Assembly (NCBI RefSeq): GCF_001194135.2
Contig: NC_068990.1
Location: 84,777,100 to 84,838,695, forward strand
Origin: Octopus bimaculoides
Lineage: Eukaryota
Reading direction: 5' to 3'
DNA length: 61,596 bases
The notes under the pieces were generated by a model. The model did no database searches. It saw only the letters and a program-made list of their open reading frames with translations, and had not been told where the DNA came from. The position numbers and the translations under genes are program-made. Of the stretch, positions 25,701 to 37,438 are shown piece by piece; the first letter of the stretch is position 1; each line of letters starts with the position of its first letter.

Positions 25701-28700
25701 TCTTATCTTTGGTTAATATCTAATTAAACCTCTTGAATATATGAAAAAAAATTGTTGGATTAATTAAAGAAACAAAATAGGCAGGCAAACAATTTTTTTA
25801 AACCAACATCTTGTGAATTTTAACAGGTAGAAAATTTCTCCAGTTTTGATTGGTATTCATGAGAAACATACTTGATTAATGCTTGTTTTAATTAAAAAAA
25901 GATTCAAGCTACTGTGGCTGTAAAGAAAGTCCTACACTGTTATCTAAAGTAAACAAATATAGCTTCTATCATTCCAGCAGTTGAGGACAACAATAATAAT
26001 CCTTTCTACTATAGGGACAAGGCCAGAAATTTTGAAGGGGTGCTAGTTGATTACATCAGTCCAGAGTTCAACTGGTACTTATTTTATTAACCTCCTAAGA
26101 ATGAGAGGCAAAGCCAGCCTCAGTTGAAATTGAATTCTTGGGTGACATCAAGTCATAAAACCCTCAAGCAAACACTGCACTGAAAAGTCAACAAGATAAT
26201 TTCTACATGGTCATTCAACTTGTGAGAAATAAACAGCTAAGTCACCTTCAAATTACACTCAACCATCTTAAAAAAGAATGACACACTGAATAGGGTAATA
26301 TGCAAGCATCCAGGCCATGTCAACATCTGAGGCTGGTCTCTTCCCTTCTTCCAATCTATCCAAATCCCTGACAAAGATCATGGATGTTTAATTAAGAGGG
26401 AAGGGTAGTGCTCAGCACACTTTTCAGATTTCCAAAACTTGTCGGAGGTTAGGAAGGTATCCTCAGAGGAGACTGAATATTTGCAACAGACTGGACTCTA
26501 CTGAGGGTCAGTAGAATCGGGTGTCTTTCTCAGACACATAACACAATGGTAGTAATAAGACTTGAACTCATGGTCATAATATCTCAAACTGAACACTTCC
26601 AATGAACCAAATAAAGAAAAAGAAAACAACAGTTACCCCAGCATTTGTTTTACACTAGCTCCACATGAAGATTTATTCTTGCTATAGAAATTGTTTTTTC
26701 CAAGAGATAAAATATTTTGCATCTTCTCATTTGCACATGCAAGGAAGTTATCCCCATTNNNNNNNNNNNNNNNNNNNNNNNNNNNNNNNNNNNNNNNNNN
26801 NNNNNNNNNNNNNNNNNNNNNNNNNNNNNNNNNNNNNNNNNNNNNNNNNNNNNNNNNNNNNNNNNNNNNNNNNNNNNNNNNNNNNNNNNNNNNNNNNNNN
26901 NNNNNNNNNNNNNNNNNNNNNNNTGTTATTGTTGTTGTTGGCACTCTGCCGCTTACGACGTCGAGGGTTCCAGTTGATCCGATCAACAGAACAGCCTGCT
27001 TGCGAAATTAATGTGCAAGTGGTTGAGCACTTCACAGACACGTGTATCCTTAATGTAGTTCTCGGGGATATTCAGCATGATACAGTGTGACAAGGCTGGC
27101 CCTTTGAATTACATGCACAACAGAAACAGGAAGTAAGAGTGAGAGAAAGTTGTGGTGGAAGAGTACAGCAGGGTTCGCACCATCCCCTGCCAGAGCCTCG
27201 TGGAGCTTGAGGTGTTTTTGCTCAATAAACACTCACAACACCCGGTCTGGGAATCGAAACCGCGATCCAATGACTGCGAGTCCGCTGCCCTAATCACTGG
27301 GCCATTGCGCCTCCACAATACAATGAGTAAAGTAGTTCTATAAACCGAATAACTGAAACACTCATCATCAAAACTAACAAGGAATCTATTAACTCTAATC
27401 CATTAATTTCATAGTTAATACTTATCACAATGAACCATTCAGTGACGCGTGAAATCTTTCTTTCAGATCAAATGTCCAATAATGCTGATGTTCACTAATC
27501 CATAATAATAATAACGAGAGGGTATTCATAACAGGGTTCTTGTGCTCATGTCTACATGATACCTAGACAAGATAGCTTCATGTGGTCAATGTTTTTAATT
27601 GGGTCACATACAAGTTTGTCTAAATAGGTTCCAAGATTGATTTCTTTTCCAGATTTTCATTTTTTAAATTTCTCAAAATTGCATTTCCTTTAACACCTCA
27701 TGAATATGCTTTTTTTTCCCAACCAAAATAAAGGAAATTAGCAAAAAAACAAGTTATTCCTAATAATAACAATTATTTATTTAAAAAAAAAATTAAAACA
27801 TCTCTTAATCAAACAATTTCATGCAAAGTATAACCACAAATTCATTTACTTTGAAAGACACATGGGCGATTCTTTGGCTCCCTCATCAAACTGCTTAACT
27901 TCTTTCTTCCGTACCATTTTGGATTTCAATGTATTATCAAGTTTTGAGTTTTCTTTACCACTGCAAACAAATAATATCAAATAAATATATTTATGTCTGT
28001 GGTTACTTCAAGTTTTATCCATATTTCAAAATTTAAGAACAACTCGTTTTTAGAGGTGAAAATTAAAAAAGTTTATTGCTTGTATCTATATTGATTATGT
28101 ATTGGGTCATCCCATTTTGTATCTACATTGATTATGTATTGGGTCATCCCATTTTGTATCTACATTGATTATGTATTGGGTCATCCCAATTTGTATCTAC
28201 ATTGATTATGTATTGGGTCATCCCATAAATAATGGGATTTTTTTCAATTGCATGAACTAAAAGTCGGAGGGGGAAGGGATAAACCACCTGCATCAACTTG
28301 CTATAAAAGCAAGTAGTAATTTTACCTAGTACTTATTACTAGTGTAAATTTTGAAAAGTGCAGTTCGATTTAATAGTTATTTTTTCAAAGCTATAATGGA
28401 AGTGGCAAAGGAGCATATTCAGCATATTTTGCTTTATGAGTTCAATAAAGATAACGATGTAACAGAAAGTGTGAAGAATATTAATGCAGTATATGGGGAT
28501 CGGAAAATAAGCATAAGCCAGTGTCAACAGTGGTTCCAGAAATTCCAAGCCGGAAACTACATGCATGCAAACATAGAAAAGGGCTGTGAAAGTGATGATA
28601 TACATTTCAAGAGGGGCAGATAAAAGAGATTTACCGGTAAGCTTGGAGAGTTATCCTTTCAGCAGAGACATTAAATGTCTTGTTTAATAAAGGAGTAGTA

Positions 28701-31290
28701 GCACTAACTTCTGCTCGGTTGATTGGCGCTGAAATGTATAGAAATACCATTAATTGTCTATATAATTGCATAAACACTTATGTTGGTTATATTTCAGATG
28801 GAAATCTCATGGAAAATTAACTGAAAACATTTGTTTCATTAAGCAATTCATTACCATATTCCTATTGAAATATGGAAACTTTGTTTCAAAAAAGGTAAAA
28901 AGATAAAATTAACTGTAAAAACAATATGAAGGAGACATTGCAAGCAAGAAGTGTCATCTCTCAACTGACTGAAATGCCAAATACAATTTAAAAGACAGAA
29001 AAAAGCTTACTTTTCCTGGCATTGCTATTTTTGTTATATTCTTCAAAGAAATCAGTGATTTTTGGTATTAAATGATCATCAGGATTAAAATGCACTAAAA
29101 GCCCATCAACAAATTCCAGTAGAAGCCGTTTCTTAAAAATGAATCGTCTGATGTTAGTCCGAATCAACTAGAAACATTAACAGAAAAAGTTAAGAAATTA
29201 ATTTTAAAAAATAGAAAAAAGTTCATTAGAAGACAAATCAAAGAGTTATGTAAAATAGTGTTTTCTTTAAGCATTATGTCAAATTTGGAAGAAACGGTAA
29301 GGTATTTGTGGTGCTCACTGTATTGAACCTAGTAAGGTGGAAATGTAAAATTTACACTAGTGACAAACTAAAAACCTAAGGATAGTGGATTATTTTAGCC
29401 TTGATCTGCTTCATTGTATGAATCACTTCCATTCATTCAAGTCAATATAATATTCAGACATAACACATTACCAATAAGTTTTGGGCTCAGCTATCAGTGC
29501 TACACTAAACTCTTAATATTTTATTGCATTAATAAATCCAGTCACTGCATCTGAGGATAGGCTAAAATGCAGAGTTCAAACATGGATAAATATACACACA
29601 GACCAGCCTAATTCCCTTCTTGCAGGTAGAGGAATTTAATTATGAACAAAAATTCATTTCACACCTTAACAGAATATGATATTAATGGAACCTCAATGAT
29701 TTATACAGGGTGTCCACAAGGTCTGGGTACATGGAGTAAATAAAATCATAACATAAACAGTTAAATATAAGAAATAATTTCTTAAAGTATGTGTTAATCC
29801 CCATGTGGGTACATGGAGTAAATAAAATCATAACAAACAATTAAATATAAGAAATAATAATTTCTTAAAGTATGTGTTAATCCCCATGCACCCAGACTTT
29901 GTGGACACCCTGTATACATACATTTTCATGTGTGTATGTCTAAGTACATAATTTATGTATTTACATCTGTACATGTGTGTACTAATGTATGTACAGATTT
30001 TATGTGCATGTACGTATGTAAGCATTTATAATTTTTAAATCAAAGGTGAACTTACAGCATGTATCTTTCTGTTGCTTTATTAAACCCCATTTTTGCATAT
30101 TATACCCACCTCCCCCTTTTTCACTTTTTTTTTTATCACTTTCTATCTCACTCCACCTCAAAGATATAATGCACAAACTCTCTCTTATTCTGTTTACATT
30201 AGTAGAACATTGAATATAGACAGACAAAGATCTTTGGAAAAAAGACAAAATTCCTCCTCATACCCTACTATCTTCAATGATTCATGGAATTTTGAAACAT
30301 TTTGTTTTTCTACATACAACCCAAAATTAATCACCCAAAAGTTTGTCAGTGTAAATGGAAACTTTTTTTATACATATATTTTCTTTTTATGTCTTGTCTA
30401 TTTGGATTATAGATTTCACTTTGAATTGAGTGATAAATGCTAAAAATCAAATGTACTGAAAATAAATTTTTGCTAAATGTAACAAAACAAACACTACTCT
30501 CTTTTACTTGTTTCAGTCATTTAGTCGAGAAAATCGACCCCAGGACTAACTCTTTGTAAGCCAAGTACTTATTCTATCGGTCTCTTTTGCTGAACCGCTA
30601 AGTTACGGGAACATAAACACACCACCATTGGTTGTCAAGCGATGTGGGGGGGGGGACAAATACAGGCACACAAACACACACTATACATATATACGACAGG
30701 CTTCTTTCAGTTTCCGTCTACCGAATCCACTCACAAAGCTTTGGTTGGCCTAAGGCTATAGCAGATTTTGACAGTAAGATAGGATTTTTGGATATTTGGC
30801 TGCTACTTCTAAGCACTCAAGTAACCACATATAGGCTGTCTAACTGGTAGAAATCTTGCTAATAGAACAGTCTAATAGTGCTGGTGTTAAGCAGGATGGC
30901 TAACTGTATCACCAACAAAATCCACTGGTTATTAATGTCATGAAATTTTGATGGAAGGTTTTAAGTTAGATCACTTCAAAACAAGGAAATTAGGGTCATA
31001 GAATCAGGGATAGTGGTTTCAGACAGGTTAGTAACAAAGGGGTGTTAATGAGATCCTGAAAGCTTTGAATGGTGGCATTCATTCAATCTGTCCAAATAAC
31101 TTGAAGAATAAATACTTACCTTAAATATCAAAGCTGGGTAAACCTTATTGGTACTGAACATCACATTACAGCACCAAACATTGTTGGTGTTCTTTAGATT
31201 AAGGGTCCCAGACTTCCAACCAATATTGCCAGTCTTTTGTGTATAATATTTAATGGAACCAGACCATTCAAGGGTATCTGGAAGCTTCAT
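8700..31290 (-). CDS. USP37: Ubiquitin carboxyl-terminal hydrolase 37-like (USP26/29/37 family), 22 coding exons, about 862 aa
   Basis: Exons (minus): 31290-31120, 29167-29011, 28728-28635, 27960-27850, 25643-25509, 24627-24496, 23610-23484, 23169-22985, 21896-21831, 21669-21550, 21082-20924, 19285-19214, 18666-18546, 17430-17365, 16363-16303, 15526-15308, 13363-13212, 12262-12205, 11847-11738, 11150-11081, 9566-9428, 8763-8700. Phases chain without a stop (2589 nt). N-terminal PH-like region (GSIKYYTQKTGNIGWKSG), Cys box GLTNMGNTCYLNAILQSL, QDAHE, RLPRVLILHLKRY, UIM-like SEEERMKLAIENSLQ and EEEDLKKAKAMSL, NKEN, His box GHYLSEV..WYSFDD..GYIFFY. Exons in the disordered middle are less certain than the catalytic ones. 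Confidence 0.93.
13479..13598. repeat. About 120-bp foldback/MITE-like inverted repeat in a (TA)n tract
   Basis: About 50-bp arms (ataatttagagaaaaaccactat..gaagaatata and its reverse complement) with 2 mismatches and a short spacer. Confidence 0.85.
14010..15296 (-). mobile_element. 5'-truncated RTE-type LINE (RT C-terminus, PHD-type finger, 3' end), interrupted by N gap 14297-14875
   Basis: SLSELEERFKVWKQGLESKGLRVNLAKLKILIS, C4-H-C3 finger, then after a frameshift GEKLEVVDSFRYLGD. 3' end with (gat)n tail at about 14010. Confidence 0.9.
22801..22876. repeat. 19-bp minisatellite x4 (gagataatagacagaggaa) within a (GA)n tract (22735-22930)
   Basis: Four consecutive units read directly; the last unit is slightly degenerate. 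Confidence 0.9.
24847..25407 (-). mobile_element. Helitron 3' remnant (PIF1-like helicase C-terminus and terminal hairpin/CTRR)
   Basis: IMLLRNLDPSHLCNGTRLIV..VFIPKIPLIP..FPVKLSF..KSQGQ..FSHGQLYVA..NIVYPEVL with stops and frameshifts, then ggcagtgccgggt and CTGG|T at about 24847-24870. Confidence 0.85.
26925..27316 (-). mobile_element. tRNA-derived SINE, family C
   Basis: Reverse-complement copy of the element at 60324-60704 (A-box TGGCCCAGTG, B-box-like GGTTTCGATTCCC, (aac)n tail). Confidence 0.85.
28080..28227. repeat. 37-bp tandem repeat x4 made of host flank + TA + start of mariner TIR
   Basis: Unit ttgtatctacattgattatg-TA-ttgggtcatcccatt at 28080, 28117, 28154 and 28191; the fourth unit runs into the full TIR. 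Confidence 0.92.
28213..28560 (+). mobile_element. Mariner (Mos1/Hsmar-like) 5' half: left TIR and transposase N-terminus
   Basis: TA + ttgggtcatcccataaataatg. Translation MEVAKEHIQHILLYEFNK..INAVYGDRKISISQCQQWFQKFQAGNY, after which similarity ends. Confidence 0.88.
29706..29912. mobile_element. Tc1/mariner-type MITE with TA target duplication and an internal tandem duplication
   Basis: TA-cagggtgtccacaaggtctgggtacatgg ... ccatgcacccagactttgtggacaccctg-TA; an approximately 80-bp internal unit is present twice. Confidence 0.85.
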
Positions 31291-32814
31291 ACTGATGGTG
31301 CCAGGTGAATGAGCTGCAATTCTGAAACAAAAAAGTGCCTATAAAAATAACATGTTTACAAGCAGGACTTGTAGAAATTACTTGATTATTTCGAGAACTA
31401 TAAAATGATCAAAAGTTTATAGAGAACTATGAAATATATAATTTCTTTTGGAATTGATTTCGTTCAAACCTTTGATGCTTTAAATGGTGTAAAAGCACAA
31501 ATACATCATCATTGTTTAATGTCTACTTTCCATGCTAGCATGGGTTGGACGATTTGACTGAGGACTGGCGAACCAGGTGGCTACACCAGGCTCCAATCTG
31601 ATCTGGCAGAGTTTTAAAATGGTCATGATTGGAACACGTTGACCATAAACCCGCAGAGTCAAGAATGTCCTGGAGTAAACTAACAACAACCTCTGTTGAC
31701 ACAATGGCTAGACTCCTTAAATAACTTGTGTGTGCACAAACACAAACATGCAATCTGACCATTGATTTGTTTGATCTCTGGGTGTGAAGTAAGATAATGT
31801 ACAATTAATACAAGTTTAAGTAGTTTGATTTATAAACATTACAGTTGTCATTCCTCTTTCCATCATGACTACAACTATTAACTGCCCTCAACTCTATCAC
31901 CATGTCAATTACCACCACCACCACTTCTACTACTACTGACCACCACTCTTTATTAGATTTACAAAAAGGTTTCTCAGACCAATATCATTACACTGAAGTG
32001 GTTTAGATCAATGTAATGTATCCAATCAAAACATGGTTTTTAATGCAAATAGCATTTTACAAACAGGAAGAAGTATATCAGTTTTAGCTGATCGTCCAAG
32101 TTAATATTGCACACATATGTATGTTATTAGAAATATATAGATTCTATGTTGATCTTGATATACATCAATAGAATTGCAGAAAAGACAGCAAACACAGTTT
32201 AACTTTATAAAACAAATTTGTCATCATTTTAACAACCATCTTTCTACGCTAGCATGAGTCAGAGTTCCATTTAAATAACCAATACTCTCTACACTATATA
32301 CTGAGTACTCTCTTCCTCTTTCATTTAGAAACTGCAACATTTGAATGCATGAATGAGCAGAATTCAAATTTTGTGTATCTGTATACACAGATACACAGAT
32401 GTTGAATTATGTTAAACCAATGAGAGTGGGGTGCATTGTACAAGTTGTAGAGCAGATGGTTGATTGAGACTGAGTGTTCATCCTGTAACTCATGTTATAT
32501 GCCACCATTAAAGTTCAAGCAAGAGCTGAAGACCGGCAGAGGTGTGAAACTCAAGTTGTGAGATAAGCATTCAGTTTCCGTCGGCTCTATATATAAAGGG
32601 AGTAAGAGAGAGGAAGGAAACACTTGACTCAACATCTATCTTGTAGAAAATAAAACCACAGCCTAAGATGTTAAACATTGTATTGTGCTTAAGCACTTTG
32701 TTATATATTTCGCCAAAACTTAGAGAAAGAGTAAAAAACTTAGAAAACCACTTAATCTTCTCTGAACCACAAGAATTGATAATTAATTCAGATTTATATA
32801 GTAATAATGCCCTC

Positions 32815-33228
32815 ATCATCATCGTTTAACGTCCGCTTTCTGTGCTAGCATGGGTTGGACGATTTGACTGAGGACTGGTGAACCAGATGGCTACTCCAGG
32901 CTCCAATCTGATTTGGCAGAGTTTCTACAGCTGGATGCCATTCCTAACGCCAACCACTCAGAGAGTGCAGTGGGTGCTTTTACGTGCCACCGGCACGAAG
33001 GCCAGTCAGGTGGTACTGGCAACGGCCACGCTCAAAATGGTGTATTTTATGTGGTACCTGCACAGGAGCCAGTCCAGCGGCACTGGCAATGACCTCGCTC
33101 AAATGTCTTTACACGTGCCAGGAAGGCTACGCTAGGCACAGGTGCCACTATGATTTTGCTTGCCCCAATAGGTCTTCACAAGCCGAGTTTAGTGTCCAAT
33201 GAAGGAGACGACGTTGGCATACACAACT
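32815..33228 (-). mobile_element. RTE-tail repeat (LINE 3' end or non-autonomous derivative)
   Basis: catcatcatcgtttaacgtccgc.. shared with the other RTE 3' ends. Shorter copies at about 31505-31620, 54775-54960, 55375-55640 and 58070-58200. Confidence 0.8.
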
Positions 33229-33319
33229 AATATAATACCAGTCTTTTGCTGTGAGTTTTCTCCTGTAGATGCAACTAAACTCATCACTGCAAACCATGCA
33301 AATGCGAAAATACCTCCAA

Positions 33320-34261
33320 ATTGGAAACCACAACCTAGAAGACGAGACTCAACCTGGAAGATCTGTAGAGCTCGACGAGGACGTCCTGCAAACCCTGGTG
33401 GAAGAAAATCCCATCGTAACTGTTGAGGAACTAGCAGAGAAGCTTGGATTTGGTCATTCAACCATTCATTGACATCTGTGTGCCATCGGAAAAGTCAACA
33501 AATTGGGTCAATGGCTTCCTCACAAACTTTCCAAGCCTAATTGCAAGCAGAGAGTGAATGTGTGCTCTTCTTTGCTGTCACACCTCACAAATGAACCTCT
33601 TTTGAACCGAATAGTGACTGGTAACAAGAAATGGGTTCTCAATAAAAATATCAAGTGCCAAAGACAGGGTAGGGAAAGGAGAAACACTGGCACCCCAGGC
33701 TAAAGAAGGTCTTCACCCACGTATGGTGTTGTTATCTGTTTGGTGGGATATGAAAGATTTAGTCCACTTTGAACTTTTAAACTCAAACCAAATGAAAAAG
33801 ATCTACAGTGAGCAGCTTGAGTGGCTTAAGTCAGTGCTAGAAGAAAAGCAACCATCTTTGTTTTCAAGATGAAAGGAATTCTTCCATCAGGATAATGCTT
33901 GGCTACATACGAGGATGATATTCCAAAGATTAGAGTAGTATGAATGGGAAACAATGCTCCACCCACCATATTTGTTGGACATTGCCTCATCTGATTATCA
34001 TTCATTTCACATTCTTCAAAATCATTTGGATGGAAAAAATATGAATTCTGTAGATAAGGTAAGAGCAATACTGGAGGAATATTTTTCTTCATGGACAAGT
34101 GAATTTTGGAAGAGGGGATTTGCAAGTCTACCAGATAGTTGGAAGAGCATTGTAGAAATTGAAGGAGAGTATAATTTAGATTAAAAAAGAACTTTGTTTA
34201 TCTTGATTTTGAAAAATAAAAGAAGTATAAAAATAAAAACATTATTTATGGGATGACCCAA
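33320..34261 (+). mobile_element. Mariner 3' part: decayed DD34D-type transposase and right TIR
   Basis: GNHNLEDETQPGRSVELDEDVLQTLVEENP..WLPHKLS..IVTGNKKW..HQDNA..HPPYLLDIASSDYHSF..W..IVEIEGEY with stops and frameshifts. Ends cattatttatgggatgacccaa-TA, the exact reverse complement of the first 22 bp of the left TIR at 28213. Confidence 0.92.
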
Positions 34262-37225
34262 TAGAATATGCCTGCTCAAGAGGGAAAGAACCCAAAACTA
34301 CATGGTTTTAAGTGAACTTCTTAAATCAAGCAGCCATACCTTTGCCTTTATATAAACATATATAATTTAAGGCTAACTGGAGAGAACTACAACCAGAGTT
34401 TGTGTTCATTGGCAATATGACTCATCCAAAGTAGAATATCAGTTTCAAATCAGAATTTAATGCAAAACAAATCCAAAAACAATAGCACCATCATTTTTAT
34501 TGTCTACTTTTCTATGCTTGAATGGGTCAGACAAAATTCATTGAAACAGACTTTCTATGGTCGACTGCTCATCTTGTTGAAAATTCTCAATTGTTTTCCA
34601 GCAGAGATGTATTTCTTTGGAGTTCACTAATCACAAAAATAGCTAATCGCTTGCTCTTCTCAGTCTTAATATTTCCAATTTAACCTGTTTTTCATGAAAG
34701 ATTACAAATGACCACTACCAATTGTATGACAGTGAAATTTATCTACAATTAGTCCACAATGACATGACAAGTATATAAACACACGATGGACTTCTTCCAG
34801 TTACTGTGAAATCAACAGCCTTCAGTCAAGCAAGGTGAGTTTATAAATCAATTCAGTTGTCTTATAAATGTTAATGCTCAGATAAATGAGAGCAATGTGC
34901 GTTTTTCAAATCTCATATATCTTTGTATAAAATTGTCCAGTTGTTGCCATGGCTACTAGGATGCTTAGATGTAAAATAACCACTAGTATGAGAACACAAG
35001 AGAAGTGTTTTATAAAAAGATATGTAAAAGATCACAAACAGACAATGAAATTGTAAATCTAAATGACCTATAAACTCTTAGGGGATTTAGTTGAACTCCA
35101 GGTCAGCCTAGCAATCAACATCTTTCCAGATATGGCCATCCCATCTTTTGAGAGTGTAGCTAAGAATACATTAGCTAACATTTTCTATTGAATATGATAG
35201 TGTGATTTCAAGACAAAATATTGCTGACTTGACAAAGTAATGAAATCTATAAAGGTTACAGAAGATCGAAATAATTGTAACTGACCCCAGATCTACCAAC
35301 TAGTTTTTACTTCAGAATGGAGTGAACTAAGCTAAATTCTATAGAAAATATAGTTCAGAGCTATCATCACTATTATCATTAAAATTATTCGTCAACGACT
35401 GCTTGTCTTGATATTTGTCACCTGGGTACAAAGGCATTTGTCAAACTAGAAAATTATAGCATAATGAATTAACCCAGAGATATTCCGACATACGTATTTA
35501 ATATTTTTTGGAAGAGTGAAAGCTAGGAGTCGACTCAACGCAGAGTTTGACTTCAGAGTATAGAGGGACATAACTGACGAACATAAAACAATGCAATTAG
35601 TAAACTCGACTAAGGTCGAGCACAGAACCATTTCTTCGCCACACCACATGGCTTTCCCATCAACTACTAAATACGATGCGATTCAGTTTCGTGGATCCCT
35701 GATCAAGTTGTTGACAAACAGCAGGTACTTTTATTTACATGTTAAATAGAAAATATTACACACAACTAAGAACAAACGATTAGCCATTTTTTGAAGTGTC
35801 TTTCGTAAAATCTATTTCTCGTTCTAAATATATAATCAAAATATTCACAATCGCCCATAGTTAAACATGAAAAATCGAAAGTACTAAGTAGCTGAATGAA
35901 AATTAGTTTCAATTTAAATTTTCACTTCCTCAAAATTATGATTGACCAATGTTCTTAGGATTCTCTATCGAAATAAGTGTTTTTAATAATTTAAAAGATC
36001 AATCAATGAAATTGTAAATAATCTAAATAACCTTTTAAACCCTTAGGGGATTTTTTCTTGAACTCTAGGTTAGCCTAGCAATCAACATCTTTCCAGATAT
36101 GACTATCCCATCTATTGAGAGTGTAGCTAAGATTACATTACATTTTAAAGACTACAGCTAAGATACACACATACCCAATGTTTTATTATTAACGAAATTA
36201 TAAATGTTGAAAGAAAAACTACAGAATTTCAGGTCGAATAGTCCAGAATAGATTGTGAAAGCGGATGTAAATATTTTGATATTTTATAATTTGTGAAATG
36301 AGAAGTAGTAATTATCGTAGTATGTGTAATCAAAAAATTGACCTCGTTTAATTAATTTACAAAAGCAAAGTTAAATGACCGAGCATTTTACAGTGAATAT
36401 CATGTTAACACGTGGGCAGTTACTGTTGCCAAGATAAAACATTGTTACATAGTATGTGTGTGGAGTGTAATACGACAGAGCAAAAAGCAGGGTAGGTCGG
36501 ACAGCTGGGTTCAACAGATCGTTTCCAGTAAGTGTCCGTAGTCAAGACTAAACTTCTGACTATGGACTCTGAAAACATAAAATGACAGTCCACCTAGTTG
36601 TAAACGTGATCAGTTTCTCGATAGCTACAGTACTGAATGAGAGAGAGAGAGACTTATATTCACAAATGAAAACAAAGTTCTCAACGAAAACCTTTTTTCT
36701 GAATAAAAGACAGCTAGAACAGTTTGCTCAACCAAGTCTGATATAGCGTTAGAAAATGACCTACTGAAAAGCTTCATATGAAATCGGGAATGCTTTTGTA
36801 ATAACCATGACTACCTTCTGTACATTTCAACAAATTAGTCATGATCAACAGTATCATGTTTACATTCACTTTCCATGTTATGGGCTAGACGGGATATTTC
36901 GAAGCAACGGGTTGGTGTCAGAAAGATACCAACCCGTTGCCTTCTGCGACACAGGGTTTCGGTCTGTCTTAACGAAGGGAAGTACCAACGACTCTCTAAG
37001 TGCCTTCAAAACAATGTGACAGAAAGTGATCAAGTTATCCTTAGATCTGAGACTTGACCAGTATGTTCACAACAAAATGGACTCCGCTAAAGAGAACTAA
37101 ACAAAAAAAAAAAAAAAAAAAAAAAAAAAGCCAAATGGTGGTTTTAAACTAGGCGATGGATTAAGCATACGCGCGAAGAACAGAAACGTCCCCTCTGGCG
37201 GGTTTCGAATCAGTTTCTGTATATT

Positions 37226-37438
37226 CTTTTCTACTCTAGACACAAGGCCCGAAATTTTTAGGGAGGGAGCCAGTCGATTAGATCGACCCCAGTACGCAAC
37301 TGGTACTTAATTTATCGACCCCGAAAGGATGAAAGGCAAAGTCGACCTCGGCAGAATTTGAACTCAGAATGTAAAGACAAACGAAATACCGCTACGCATT
37401 TCGCCCGGAGTGCTAACGTTTGTGCTAGCTCCCCGCCC
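37226..37438 (-). mobile_element. tRNA-derived SINE, family A, with 16-bp target site duplication
   Basis: TCAGTTTCTGTATATT at 37210-37225 and 37439-37454 flanks a complete copy. Confidence 0.92.

Noticed and set aside
28080-28227. 37-bp repeats as a CRISPR array
   Set aside because: The repeats are contiguous with no spacers, the context is eukaryotic, and they derive from a mariner end.
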